Source of the DNA: an uncultured delta proteobacterium
Lineage (GTDB): Bacteria; Myxococcota_A; Polyangia; Fen-1088
NCBI GenBank assembly: GCA_963737265.1
Contig: CAVTRY010000022.1
Coordinates: 1-64,000 of the forward strand
Reading direction: 5' to 3'
DNA length: 64,000 bases
The translations under genes and the position numbers were made by a program. Below the pieces are notes generated by a model that had not been told where the DNA came from, ran no database searches, and saw only the letters and a program-made list of their open reading frames with translations. Positions 48,892 to 58,302 of the stretch are shown here, one piece after another (positions within the stretch are counted from its first letter, which is position 1; each line of letters starts with the position of its first letter).

Positions 48892-50328
48892 ATGAAGACA
48901 CGAACAATTGTAGCAATGCTGACCTTTGGCGGTTTACTTGGAGTAACGGGCTGTGACGGCGATTCGGCTGGCACCGCCACCCCCGAGGCAACCGCGAAGC
49001 TCGCAGCGGAAACGAAACCAACGCCCAGCCGTCGTCTCGATCCAGGCACGGAATTCTACGTGCCGGCGCCGGACGATGGGGCCGTGGCGCAAGCATGGGA
49101 GCTATTGAAGTCGAGGGATCTGCACGATGCGCGCAAGTTAATGGCCTTGGTCACCACGCCGCATGCGGCCTGGTTTACCAGTGGGTCGCCGGACGAGGTC
49201 AAGCGGGCCGTTCATCAAACCATGGAGGCCGCCGAGCGCGAACACCGCGTGCCGGTGCTGGTTGCCTACAATCTGCCCTATCGCGATTGCGCCCAGTACT
49301 CATCAGGTGGAGCCACGGACACCGCCGCGTACGAGGCATGGATCGACGGCTTCGCGCAAGGCATTGGCAGGAGGAAGGCGGTCGTCATCCTCGAACCTGA
49401 CGGCCTCGGCCTTATCCCCTACAACACGACAATCAATAATGTCGCCGAGTGGTGCAAACCCACGGTCACGGATTCCGCAGGCAACACGATTCCCGCGCCA
49501 GGGGCAAGCCCAGCCGACCGCTACGCGCAGATCAACTACGCCGTCGACAGTATCGAGGGCCACGCGCCACAGGCATCGGTCTATCTTGATGCCGGACACA
49601 GCGCTTGGCTAGGCGTGGGGGAGGCCGCCTACCGCCTCGCCAAGGCGGGCGTCGCGCGGGCGCAGGGATTCTTCCTCAACGTGTCGAACTACCAATTGAC
49701 GAGCGATTCGATTCAGTTTGGGACCTGGGTATCGATGGCCATCGCCGCGCCGTCGGGCGCTCCTTCGTGGGCCTTCGACAGCAGTGGCAATTTCCACTTC
49801 GATTGGCTTCCGAGTCAGTACGACCCCGCGACGAATTACACCATGGTCAACTACAGCCCGGCCTTCGCGGCGACGGTGACGGCGGGGATTCAGTCATTCA
49901 TGGGCAGCGCGGTGGCGACAACGCAATTTGTGATCGACACCGGTCGCAACGGACAGGGGCCACTCAACACCGCGCCGTACGCCCTCGCGCCCTACAATCA
50001 GTCCGCAGCTGTCATCAGCGGACTCAATTCGGGCGCTTGGTGCAATGCCTATGGCGCGGGCGTGGGACTGCGTCCGTCGGCCAATACCGGGGTTGCGCTT
50101 CTCGATGCCTATCTTTGGGTGAAGGTCCCCGGCGAGTCAGACGGCAGCTGTGACATTGCCGGTGGCGCTCGCGCCTGGGACTACACCGCATACAATCCCT
50201 GGGGGCTGACCGGCGATGCGCAAAATCATTTCGATCCACTGTGGGGCGTGGTCGACGCTCCGGCGGGCGCGTGGCTCGCCGCGCAGGCGCTGCAACTGGC
50301 GAAGAACGCAGACCCAAGCTGGCGCTAG
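48892..50328 (+). CDS. GH6 cellulase lipoprotein, paralogue of the kinase-fused GH6 domain
   Basis: Lipobox VTGC; YNLPYRDC, LEPDG, YLDAGH, DTGRNG, WCN, VKVPGESDG. Confidence 0.94.
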   Translation: MKTRTIVAMLTFGGLLGVTGCDGDSAGTATPEATAKLAAETKPTPSRRLDPGTEFYVPAPDDGAVAQAWELLKSRDLHDARKLMALVTTPHAAWFTSGSPDEVKRAVHQTMEAAEREHRVPVLVAYNLPYRDCAQYSSGGATDTAAYEAWIDGFAQGIGRRKAVVILEPDGLGLIPYNTTINNVAEWCKPTVTDSAGNTIPAPGASPADRYAQINYAVDSIEGHAPQASVYLDAGHSAWLGVGEAAYRLAKAGVARAQGFFLNVSNYQLTSDSIQFGTWVSMAIAAPSGAPSWAFDSSGNFHFDWLPSQYDPATNYTMVNYSPAFAATVTAGIQSFMGSAVATTQFVIDTGRNGQGPLNTAPYALAPYNQSAAVISGLNSGAWCNAYGAGVGLRPSANTGVALLDAYLWVKVPGESDGSCDIAGGARAWDYTAYNPWGLTGDAQNHFDPLWGVVDAPAGAWLAAQALQLAKNADPSWR

Positions 50329-50388
50329 CTGGCCCCGACTAGTGCGGCTCTCTCCCCTTCGTGGGCGGGAGCCGCCTTGGTTCCGCAT

Positions 50389-51135
50389 CTACAGCTTGAC
50401 CTGCGCAAGGAACTTTCCGAGCGCGACCACGACTTCGGCGGGAATTTCGTGGCCGCCGTCGAAGGGGACGAAGGTCACGGCAAGGCCGGCGGCGACCAAG
50501 TCGGCGCGCAGAGTGTCGGCCAAATCATAGGGCAGTATGGCATTGCCGCTGCCGTGGGACATGAACACCGGCAACCCCTTTCGGCGGGCCAGCAAGGGGC
50601 GCCAGGCGGCTCGTTCGATCGGCGTGCCGGAAAGAATCAGCAGCGCGGCCAGCGGTTCGTTAGACGTGAACGCCACCTGGCAGGCAACCATCGCGCCTTG
50701 CGAGAATCCGCCCAGCACAAATGGCCGGTCAGCGGAATTTCCCTCGGCAGCCAGTAGGTCGCGCACTAGCTTGGCGGCGCGTTCCAGTCCCTTGGGGTCT
50801 AAGCCGACAAGATCCACGCCGAGCCTGCCCGGTCGACGATGGGCCGCGAGGTCCAGATCCCACCAGGCTCGCCCATGCGGTGCCCCGTTTAGACGCACAA
50901 ATGTCTCTGGCGCATAGGGAAGCAGAAACCGACCCTGCGGCGGAAACGAGATCGAGTGCGTGAAGGGCAGCCATTGCTCGGCCGACGATCCGTAGCCGTG
51001 CAAAAGCACTATGGTCGGCGGCCCCGAGCCACCCGCGCGCAGCGCGGTCAGCCTCGGGTGGCCGAGACGCCAGCCGACCATCAATCCCGCCGCCACCACG
51101 GCAAGCCCCGCTGCCCACGTCCGAATGCTACGCAC
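50389..51135 (-). CDS. Phospholipase/carboxylesterase (alpha/beta hydrolase)
   Basis: LLHGYG, GFSQGA, GGHEIP. Confidence 0.85.
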   Translation of the reverse strand: MRSIRTWAAGLAVVAAGLMVGWRLGHPRLTALRAGGSGPPTIVLLHGYGSSAEQWLPFTHSISFPPQGRFLLPYAPETFVRLNGAPHGRAWWDLDLAAHRRPGRLGVDLVGLDPKGLERAAKLVRDLLAAEGNSADRPFVLGGFSQGAMVACQVAFTSNEPLAALLILSGTPIERAAWRPLLARRKGLPVFMSHGSGNAILPYDLADTLRADLVAAGLAVTFVPFDGGHEIPAEVVVALGKFLAQVKL

Positions 51136-51142
51136 GGCAACC

Positions 51143-52717
51143 CTACGGCATTCTCGGAAATGGCCCGAAGGCGCGGTCGCGGCGTTTGAGGAAGCTGTAG
51201 TACGACGGATTCTTTCCCGGACTCGACGTGGTCGCGCGCACCCATTCGTAGCCTGCTGGCGTCCAGCCGTTGTCGACGGGGCACGCGCCGCCGAGGCAAT
51301 ACCGGTGCGTAATCAAGGTCGGCTTGCGCGACAGCATGTAGTCGTCGCTGCCCCATTTCTGATGGCCGGGGCGATTCGAAACGGTCATGCGCGGATCGTG
51401 CGCGATGGTTGCGTCGACGAGGCCGAAGACGTCGTAAGCGGGAATTTCCGAATAGTAGGGAATCACGCCCGCGCCACCCACCGTCATGAGGTCATCCGAC
51501 TGCCCATATCTCGCCAGCCATTGGCCGGCTGGAATGCGCTCCTCGGCGTATTTCTTCAAGTACGCCGGCGTGTCGATGCCGTTGTCCGCGCCGACGAAGG
51601 TGGTGGCCAGGCGCGTGGTGTGAGCACTTCCAACCACCAATCCCGCGCCGACAACCAACAAGCCAACCGCGGGAGCGAAGACTCCCAGCCTCGGGCGCAG
51701 TTGCTCGTAGAGCCGGCGAGCCGATTCGGCGAGCACCACCGCCCCAAGCGGAACGACCGGCAGGATGAAGCGGTAAAGCCCCATGAAGTCGCCGCCCACT
51801 TTCACGACGTAGGCGGCGAAAGCGAGCCACACCAACCCCGCCAGCAGACGAAGGTCGCGGCGGCGGCCGTCGTCCTTGGCGGCGCGACCGAGCAGGGCAA
51901 GCAGAAGCAGAAAGTGCACGCCGTAGTCTTCGGAAAAGCGCCGCAGATAGAAGATGCCGAGCCTCCAGGTCCCCGAGGCTCCGGAGGATTTTACGTAGAA
52001 GGTGTTGGGCAGCGGCCAGCCATAGTAGTGCCAGCGCCAGGCGAAGTAAGGACCGAACAATCCAACGAAAATCCCCACCCAGGCAAGCTCGTGTCTGCGC
52101 GGCAGCAAACGCTGTTGCCGGCGCAGATTGGTGAGCAAGCGAAACACAGCCGCCAACCCGAAGAACAGAACGCCCTCGGGCCGGGTCATGGCGGCGAAGG
52201 CAAAGGCCACGGCGCTGGCGCAGCCGGTGCCGGCGGTGACTTCGCCGAGCACGAGGCCGAAACCGAGGGTGGTCAGAAATGTGAAGAGCTGGGTTTCGAG
52301 GCCGCCAGTGCACCAACAGGCGAAGGCGCCCATGCATGCGAGCAACAAGGGCGCCACGAGGTTCCAGCGCGACGGCCGCTCGCCCGCGAGACGCAGCGAA
52401 ATACGAATCACCACCGCCAGCGTCGCCACGCCGAATGCCACGCCGAAAAAGCGCGACAAGACCACCGGACCCACGCCTAACTTGATGCCGAGGGCGAGAA
52501 GGACGGTCCAAAGAAAGTTAGTATAGCCTTCCACGCGCTCGCCCAAGTTGAAGACCAACTGACCGGAGAGGGCGAGATTGCGTGCGTAGCGGAAGGAGAT
52601 GTAGGCGTCGTCGGTGACGAAGTCGAACCGGCGCGCGTGCAGCAGGAGCATCGGCGCGGCGACAATCAGCGCGTAGTAGCGTCGCAGAAATGTTTTCATT
52701 GCGGAGCCCGCGCTCAT
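51143..52717 (-). CDS. Polytopic GT-C-like membrane glycosyltransferase (AftB-like family)
   Basis: DDAYISFRYARNL, GERVEGYTN, GLET, TRPEG, PNTFYVK; many TM helices. Confidence 0.7.
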   Translation of the reverse strand: MSAGSAMKTFLRRYYALIVAAPMLLLHARRFDFVTDDAYISFRYARNLALSGQLVFNLGERVEGYTNFLWTVLLALGIKLGVGPVVLSRFFGVAFGVATLAVVIRISLRLAGERPSRWNLVAPLLLACMGAFACWCTGGLETQLFTFLTTLGFGLVLGEVTAGTGCASAVAFAFAAMTRPEGVLFFGLAAVFRLLTNLRRQQRLLPRRHELAWVGIFVGLFGPYFAWRWHYYGWPLPNTFYVKSSGASGTWRLGIFYLRRFSEDYGVHFLLLLALLGRAAKDDGRRRDLRLLAGLVWLAFAAYVVKVGGDFMGLYRFILPVVPLGAVVLAESARRLYEQLRPRLGVFAPAVGLLVVGAGLVVGSAHTTRLATTFVGADNGIDTPAYLKKYAEERIPAGQWLARYGQSDDLMTVGGAGVIPYYSEIPAYDVFGLVDATIAHDPRMTVSNRPGHQKWGSDDYMLSRKPTLITHRYCLGGACPVDNGWTPAGYEWVRATTSSPGKNPSYYSFLKRRDRAFGPFPRMP

Positions 52718-52741
52718 GCCGCCCAGGCCGGATTTCCCGAC

Positions 52742-53095
52742 TCAGCCAAAGGTGCCGCCGTCGAATCCCCACAGGGCGCCGTCGGCGTTGGTGAATTCTA
52801 TGTAGATGCGGTTCCCCGGTATGGCCAACGCCTTGGCAATCGCGCCGCACAGGATCTGGGACAGGTGCTCGATCTTTTCGGCCGGCAGCTGGCCGACGTT
52901 CTTCAGCTCGGCGTAGCAGGCAGGATCGGTGCTGCCGGCAAACATCATGGTTGCGCGCGGCGCCAGGCTGACCATCACGTAGCGCTCGGGCTTGCCGAGC
53001 TCGCGCGCCAGCAGCGTCGAGAACGACTTGAGAATCGGCGCCAGCGCGGGCTCGTCGGGCGGCGGCGCAGAAGAAAATAGATGGAGAAGCGGCAT
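52742..53095 (-). CDS. MIF-like phenylpyruvate tautomerase
   Basis: N-terminal Pro, GKPERYVMV, RIYIEF, LWGFDGGTF. Confidence 0.88.
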   Translation of the reverse strand: MPLLHLFSSAPPPDEPALAPILKSFSTLLARELGKPERYVMVSLAPRATMMFAGSTDPACYAELKNVGQLPAEKIEHLSQILCGAIAKALAIPGNRIYIEFTNADGALWGFDGGTFG

Positions 53096-53107
53096 GGGGA
53101 CAATCTA

Positions 53108-54148
<1,041 letters not shown>

Positions 54149-54194
54149 TATCGATCGGAATTATAGACGCAATCGTGGTCGAGGCGTGGGCGCG

Positions 54195-54536
54195 CTATTT
54201 CTCCAGCGCGGCCAAGGCTTCTTCCAGATGACTTTGCGTGTGGGCGTCGCTCCGGCGGGTGCAAGCCTCGATTCCCTTGCGGTAAATCGCACGCGCCTCA
54301 TCGATCCGGTCGAGCCCGACCAAGACCTCTCCCGCTGGGGCATAGGAGGCGATGTAATCTGGATGATCGGTCAGGACTGACTCGAACGCCGCCCACGCCT
54401 GGTCGGCGTCGCCCCGGCTTTTCAATTCCATGGCAAGCGCGTAGCGCGGGAAGGGATCCTGCGGTCGCTTCTCGGCGAAGGAGCGCAGGATTTCGAGACG
54501 CGGATTGGGAGGCGCGCTACTCAGGACACCACCCAC
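54195..54536 (-). CDS. Small TPR protein (start uncertain)
   Basis: [11 protein letters not shown]...PDYIASY...ARAIYRKGI. Confidence 0.75.
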   Translation of the reverse strand: MGGVLSSAPPNPRLEILRSFAEKRPQDPFPRYALAMELKSRGDADQAWAAFESVLTDHPDYIASYAPAGEVLVGLDRIDEARAIYRKGIEACTRRSDAHTQSHLEEALAALEK

Positions 54537-54925
54537 GGGCGGCCCGGACCGGGAATTTCGCTGTTGGGAGCCGCCGCGACAGGGCGGTTGCTCCCGTCGA
54601 CGCGCACCACGGTCGGTTTCCAGTTCCTCGCCTCGGCCTCATCGACCCCTTCGGCGAAGGTCGCGAGAATCACCACATCGCCGGGCTGGGCATGGCGCGC
54701 CGCCGCGCCGTTGACGCAAATCACGCCCGAATCGGACTCTCCCGCGATGGCGTAGGTTTCGATGCGGCTGCCGTTGGTCGCATTCCAGATGGCGACCTTC
54801 TCGTAGGGAAGAATATCCGCGGCACGCATGAGAGTTTCGTCGATGGTGACCGAGCCTTCGTAGCTCAGGTCGGCGTGCGTGACCGTGGCGCGGTGGATTT
54901 TCGATTTGAACATTGTGCGTTTCAT
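54521..54925 (-). CDS. panD: Aspartate 1-decarboxylase
   Basis: [18 protein letters not shown] (G-S cleavage site), TYAI, NGAAAR. Confidence 0.96.
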   Translation of the reverse strand: MKRTMFKSKIHRATVTHADLSYEGSVTIDETLMRAADILPYEKVAIWNATNGSRIETYAIAGESDSGVICVNGAAARHAQPGDVVILATFAEGVDEAEARNWKPTVVRVDGSNRPVAAAPNSEIPGPGRPWVVS

Positions 54926-54934
54926 TTGAACTCT

Positions 54935-54964
54935 CCGTCCCGGCCGGTGATCCGGTCCAGGCAG
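54935..54964 (-). ncRNA. pan-motif-like hairpin upstream of panD
   Basis: CUG-CCUGG-A-CCGG-AUCA-CCGG-CCGGG-A-CGG: a stem with one bulged A on each strand, directly 5' of a pantothenate gene. Confidence 0.65.
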
Positions 54965-55137
54965 TATGTCCAGGCTAATCCTGTCTGAAAGCGTCGCGCT
55001 GTCAATCCCGTCTTTCGCCCAGCGCTGAGCGCAATGTCAACCGATTCCTTGCGGCGGATTCGCGTTGACCCCTTAGCTGGCGTGGCTCAAGGTGAACGGA
55101 AGGAGAAGCTCGCAACCAGCTGCAACGTGCACCGACT

Positions 55138-55959
55138 ATGGACAAGCCCTTCACGCGATTCATCGGTGTCGATCTGGGAGGCGGCAAGGGGAAAAAGACT
55201 GCCCTGGCCGTGCTTGAGCGCGTCCGTAACGGTGTCGCGGTGGCGCTTCTCTCGCCCAAGACCGGAGAAGCGCCGCTTTACGATGAGGCGCTGGTCGCGG
55301 CGCTGCTCGAGCGGGCCGAGGGCGCGCTGGTTTGCGTGGATGCCCCACTGACACTGCCGCCGTGCATCCGCTGCACGGAGCCGGTTTGTCCAGGCCAAGT
55401 GGCCTGCGTGGACACGGAAGTCGTAGCGATGCGAGCGCTGGCAAACAGCGATGCCGTGGGTGGGCGCGAGCACCGGCGCGGCAAGCCCGCCGTTACGCCC
55501 TACACCCAGCGAGCAGCCGATCTCTACTTGCGCAGACGCGGTGTCGGCTCGCGTGAAACCCTCGGTCAAGGCATGGGGCCATTGACGGCGCGCGCGGCTC
55601 ACCTCGTGCGTGCCCTCGCCGGGCAATTTCACCTGAACCACAACCTCATCGAGGTTTTCCCGCGCGCAACGCTCGAACTGCTCGGCTTTCGTGAACCGTA
55701 CAAGAAACGCATCGACCGCCGTATCGATATTCTCGCCGAGTTGCGCGACCTGAGCTTCGCACCCGGCGTCTGGCGCGAGGAGTGCCGGCACAGCGATCAC
55801 GTCTTCGACGCCGTCCTATGCGCCTACACTGGCTACCTACGCAGCCGCGATGGCTGGCAAACCACCATTCCCGTGGGCACTGCGCCCGAACGTCAGGGTT
55901 GGATCTGGGTCCCGCCCGAGGCGGACGGGACCGTCGCTGAGGTTGCTGCGCCGAAGTGA
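55138..55959 (+). CDS. DUF429-like RNase H-fold protein
   Basis: FIGVDLGG, VDAPLTLP, IEVFP, FDAVLCA. Confidence 0.75.
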   Translation: MDKPFTRFIGVDLGGGKGKKTALAVLERVRNGVAVALLSPKTGEAPLYDEALVAALLERAEGALVCVDAPLTLPPCIRCTEPVCPGQVACVDTEVVAMRALANSDAVGGREHRRGKPAVTPYTQRAADLYLRRRGVGSRETLGQGMGPLTARAAHLVRALAGQFHLNHNLIEVFPRATLELLGFREPYKKRIDRRIDILAELRDLSFAPGVWREECRHSDHVFDAVLCAYTGYLRSRDGWQTTIPVGTAPERQGWIWVPPEADGTVAEVAAPK

Positions 55960-55961
55960 AG

Positions 55962-56705
55962 CTAGCTGGCGACGGCGCCTTCTTCGCGCAAATCTTCGTC
56001 CTTCTCGTCGTCATCGTGCTGTTGAGGAAGCTCCTCGGACGTCCTGTCCGGGGCGGTCGATTCCGCGGACGTCCCGCCAGCCAGGCCGCCGAGCAGGGAA
56101 GTTGCCCCGCGTTCACGAATGAATTTGAGGAACACGATGACAGTGGGCATCTCCGCGGCAGGGATCTCCTCGATGAGCTCACGCGCCTGACGACGCAGAA
56201 TTTCACCGGGCGAGTCTCCCGCGGGCAGCGCATGCGCTACCTCGGCCGACTCGGGGGCCGCTGTGACCCGACCCCACGGCGGTGGCACCGCCACCTCGAT
56301 CGCCAGGTGATCGAGCCAGGTCTGGATGTGCAGGTGCAAGAGCTCGGATCGGTAGGCGAACCAACGCTCGCGTTCAGCCGGGAATGCCAGCAGAACATCC
56401 TTGAACCTGCGGAAAGCCCCCTTGCCGTCGATGGCGACAAGCAAGCGTTCGCGCAGCGGTTGGTCTTGAACCGCGCTCACGAAGCGTTCCATCCAGCGAT
56501 ACTGCTCCCGTGAGGACGCAGGATCGATGCGAAGGTATCGCTCAGGATTTTTGGCTACTCGAGCGCGGCGGGCCGGGGCGTCTGGTTCCCCCTCCCCTAT
56601 CGCAAGCAAATCCCCGTTCTCTAAGTCCAGGAAACTCTCTTGCTCAGGTGAGTTGCGCTCGAAAGCAATTTCTAGGTCGCTCCAATTGATAGTGATCGGC
56701 GCCAT
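55962..56705 (-). CDS. UPF0158 family protein
   Basis: FLDLENG, SSREQYRWMERFV, AIDGKGAFRRFKDVL. Confidence 0.85.
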   Translation of the reverse strand: MAPITINWSDLEIAFERNSPEQESFLDLENGDLLAIGEGEPDAPARRARVAKNPERYLRIDPASSREQYRWMERFVSAVQDQPLRERLLVAIDGKGAFRRFKDVLLAFPAERERWFAYRSELLHLHIQTWLDHLAIEVAVPPPWGRVTAAPESAEVAHALPAGDSPGEILRRQARELIEEIPAAEMPTVIVFLKFIRERGATSLLGGLAGGTSAESTAPDRTSEELPQQHDDDEKDEDLREEGAVAS

Positions 56706-56926
56706 GGTTACAACTCCTCCGGCGCGTCCCCTCCCACAAGGAGCGTCGAAAAGATTAAGCGGACTTCCTCTACACTAGGATTCACAAGCGCACTTTGCAA
56801 TGCCGTAACAACCAAGCAACGCAAATGCCATCGGGGTGCGTCGAAAGGCGGCCGCCCCGCTGGACGCTTGACTTTGGTGGCTTCCGACCTAATATCAGCC
56901 GTCCGCACTCTGTCCTGGAGGTCCGA

Positions 56927-57205
56927 TTGGCTCGCGTAACCGTCGAAGATTGTTTGGAGAAAGTTCCTAACCGATTCGCCCTGGTGATTCTCGGCGCCGA
57001 TCGCGCGCGCCAGCTTTCGGGCGGAGCCACGCCTCTTATCAAGTGCGACAACAAGCCCGGCGTGACCGCACTGCGCGAGATTGCGGATGGCACGGTTCGT
57101 TTCAACGAGTCGATAGAAGGCACGATCAGGCAGTACATCGCCGAGAAGCGGGCACGCGGCGCTCGCCCCGAGCGCGAACGAACCCTGTCGAGAAGGAACG
57201 AATAG
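56927..57205 (+). CDS. rpoZ: RNA polymerase omega subunit
   Basis: TTG start after GGAGG; [19 protein letters not shown]...RARQL...[12 protein letters not shown]. Confidence 0.95.
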   Translation: MARVTVEDCLEKVPNRFALVILGADRARQLSGGATPLIKCDNKPGVTALREIADGTVRFNESIEGTIRQYIAEKRARGARPERERTLSRRNE

Positions 57206-57374
57206 TCGCGCCGAGTGGTCTGGTCATTCGAGAATCCGACTGCGCCCGCGCAAGCTGCGGCGCTGTGAAAGATCGCCTTCCGGGAGATCGACGATGTCCC
57301 GGACCACAATGCGACCGCCTTGAACGCGACCGTGCAGCAGCGAGTTTCCGCATCTTCTCTCCATCGAACTTCTC

Positions 57375-58190
57375 TCAGTTGATGCGCTTCCACCCGGGCT
57401 TGAAGCCAGCGCTCTTTACCGGTGGCGGGTCGTCGGCGATGATGTAGTCGGCGCGGCGGTTGCGGGGCTCGTCGGTCTGATCGGGCGTCTGCACGCGCAG
57501 CGCGGTTTCGCCGAACCCTTCGTATGCGATGGGGATGCGCACGCCGCGCTGGCGGAACCAGCGCGCCAGCGATTGCGCGCGCACCTGCGACAGCTTGAGG
57601 TTGTAACCGGCGTTTCCCACGGTGTCGGTGTGCCCAGCGACGTACAAGGTGAGGTTCTTGTGCTCGCGCGCCTTGTCCTTCGCCAGCACCTCTTGCACCT
57701 TGGTGAACGCCTCGTCGAGCTTGGGGATCTCGGTGGCATCGATGTCGGACGAGTCGGTGCGGAAATTGACATCCTCGTGCGGGATCGGGACGTACCACGA
57801 CGAGTACTCTTGGTCGATGTAGTGTTCGTCTCGATCGGACATCCTGAGCTGGATGGAGCCTACCGACTGGTCGCGCGCCTGCTCCCAACTGACGACGAGC
57901 GGCGCGCCGGCGGGCTTGCCGGTGAAGTCGTCCACGCGATCGACGATGACACTGCCGTCCTCGCTGGTGACGGTCAGCAGGACCTTGCCCGGCGGTCGCG
58001 ACATGCGAATCACCAACCGGTGTTCGTCGAGGGCGTGCGACTTATCGACCTCGACCTTCAACGCACGTACGTTGGTCTGGTTAGCTGTGGTCGACTTTTT
58101 GGCAACCGCAGGGGCCGTGGCAAGAAACCCGCAGACAGCAACACAGGGGACGGTCCAACGTGCTCGCATGATGACTCCAGAGCGGGACAT
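57375..58190 (-). CDS. OmpA-family peptidoglycan-binding protein
   Basis: Signal peptide; AGHTDTVG...NLKLSQVRA...GFGE...RNRRA. Confidence 0.88.
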   Translation of the reverse strand: MSRSGVIMRARWTVPCVAVCGFLATAPAVAKKSTTANQTNVRALKVEVDKSHALDEHRLVIRMSRPPGKVLLTVTSEDGSVIVDRVDDFTGKPAGAPLVVSWEQARDQSVGSIQLRMSDRDEHYIDQEYSSWYVPIPHEDVNFRTDSSDIDATEIPKLDEAFTKVQEVLAKDKAREHKNLTLYVAGHTDTVGNAGYNLKLSQVRAQSLARWFRQRGVRIPIAYEGFGETALRVQTPDQTDEPRNRRADYIIADDPPPVKSAGFKPGWKRIN

Positions 58191-58302
58191 CCTGAAGTTT
58201 CAGGTCTGCGAATGCAACAGCCCCACCGAGAAAATACGAGCGACGTTCGGCTATCGGCTACGGCTCGCTTGAACTCAAGAGTCTATCAGGAAGCGGCGTG
58301 GC

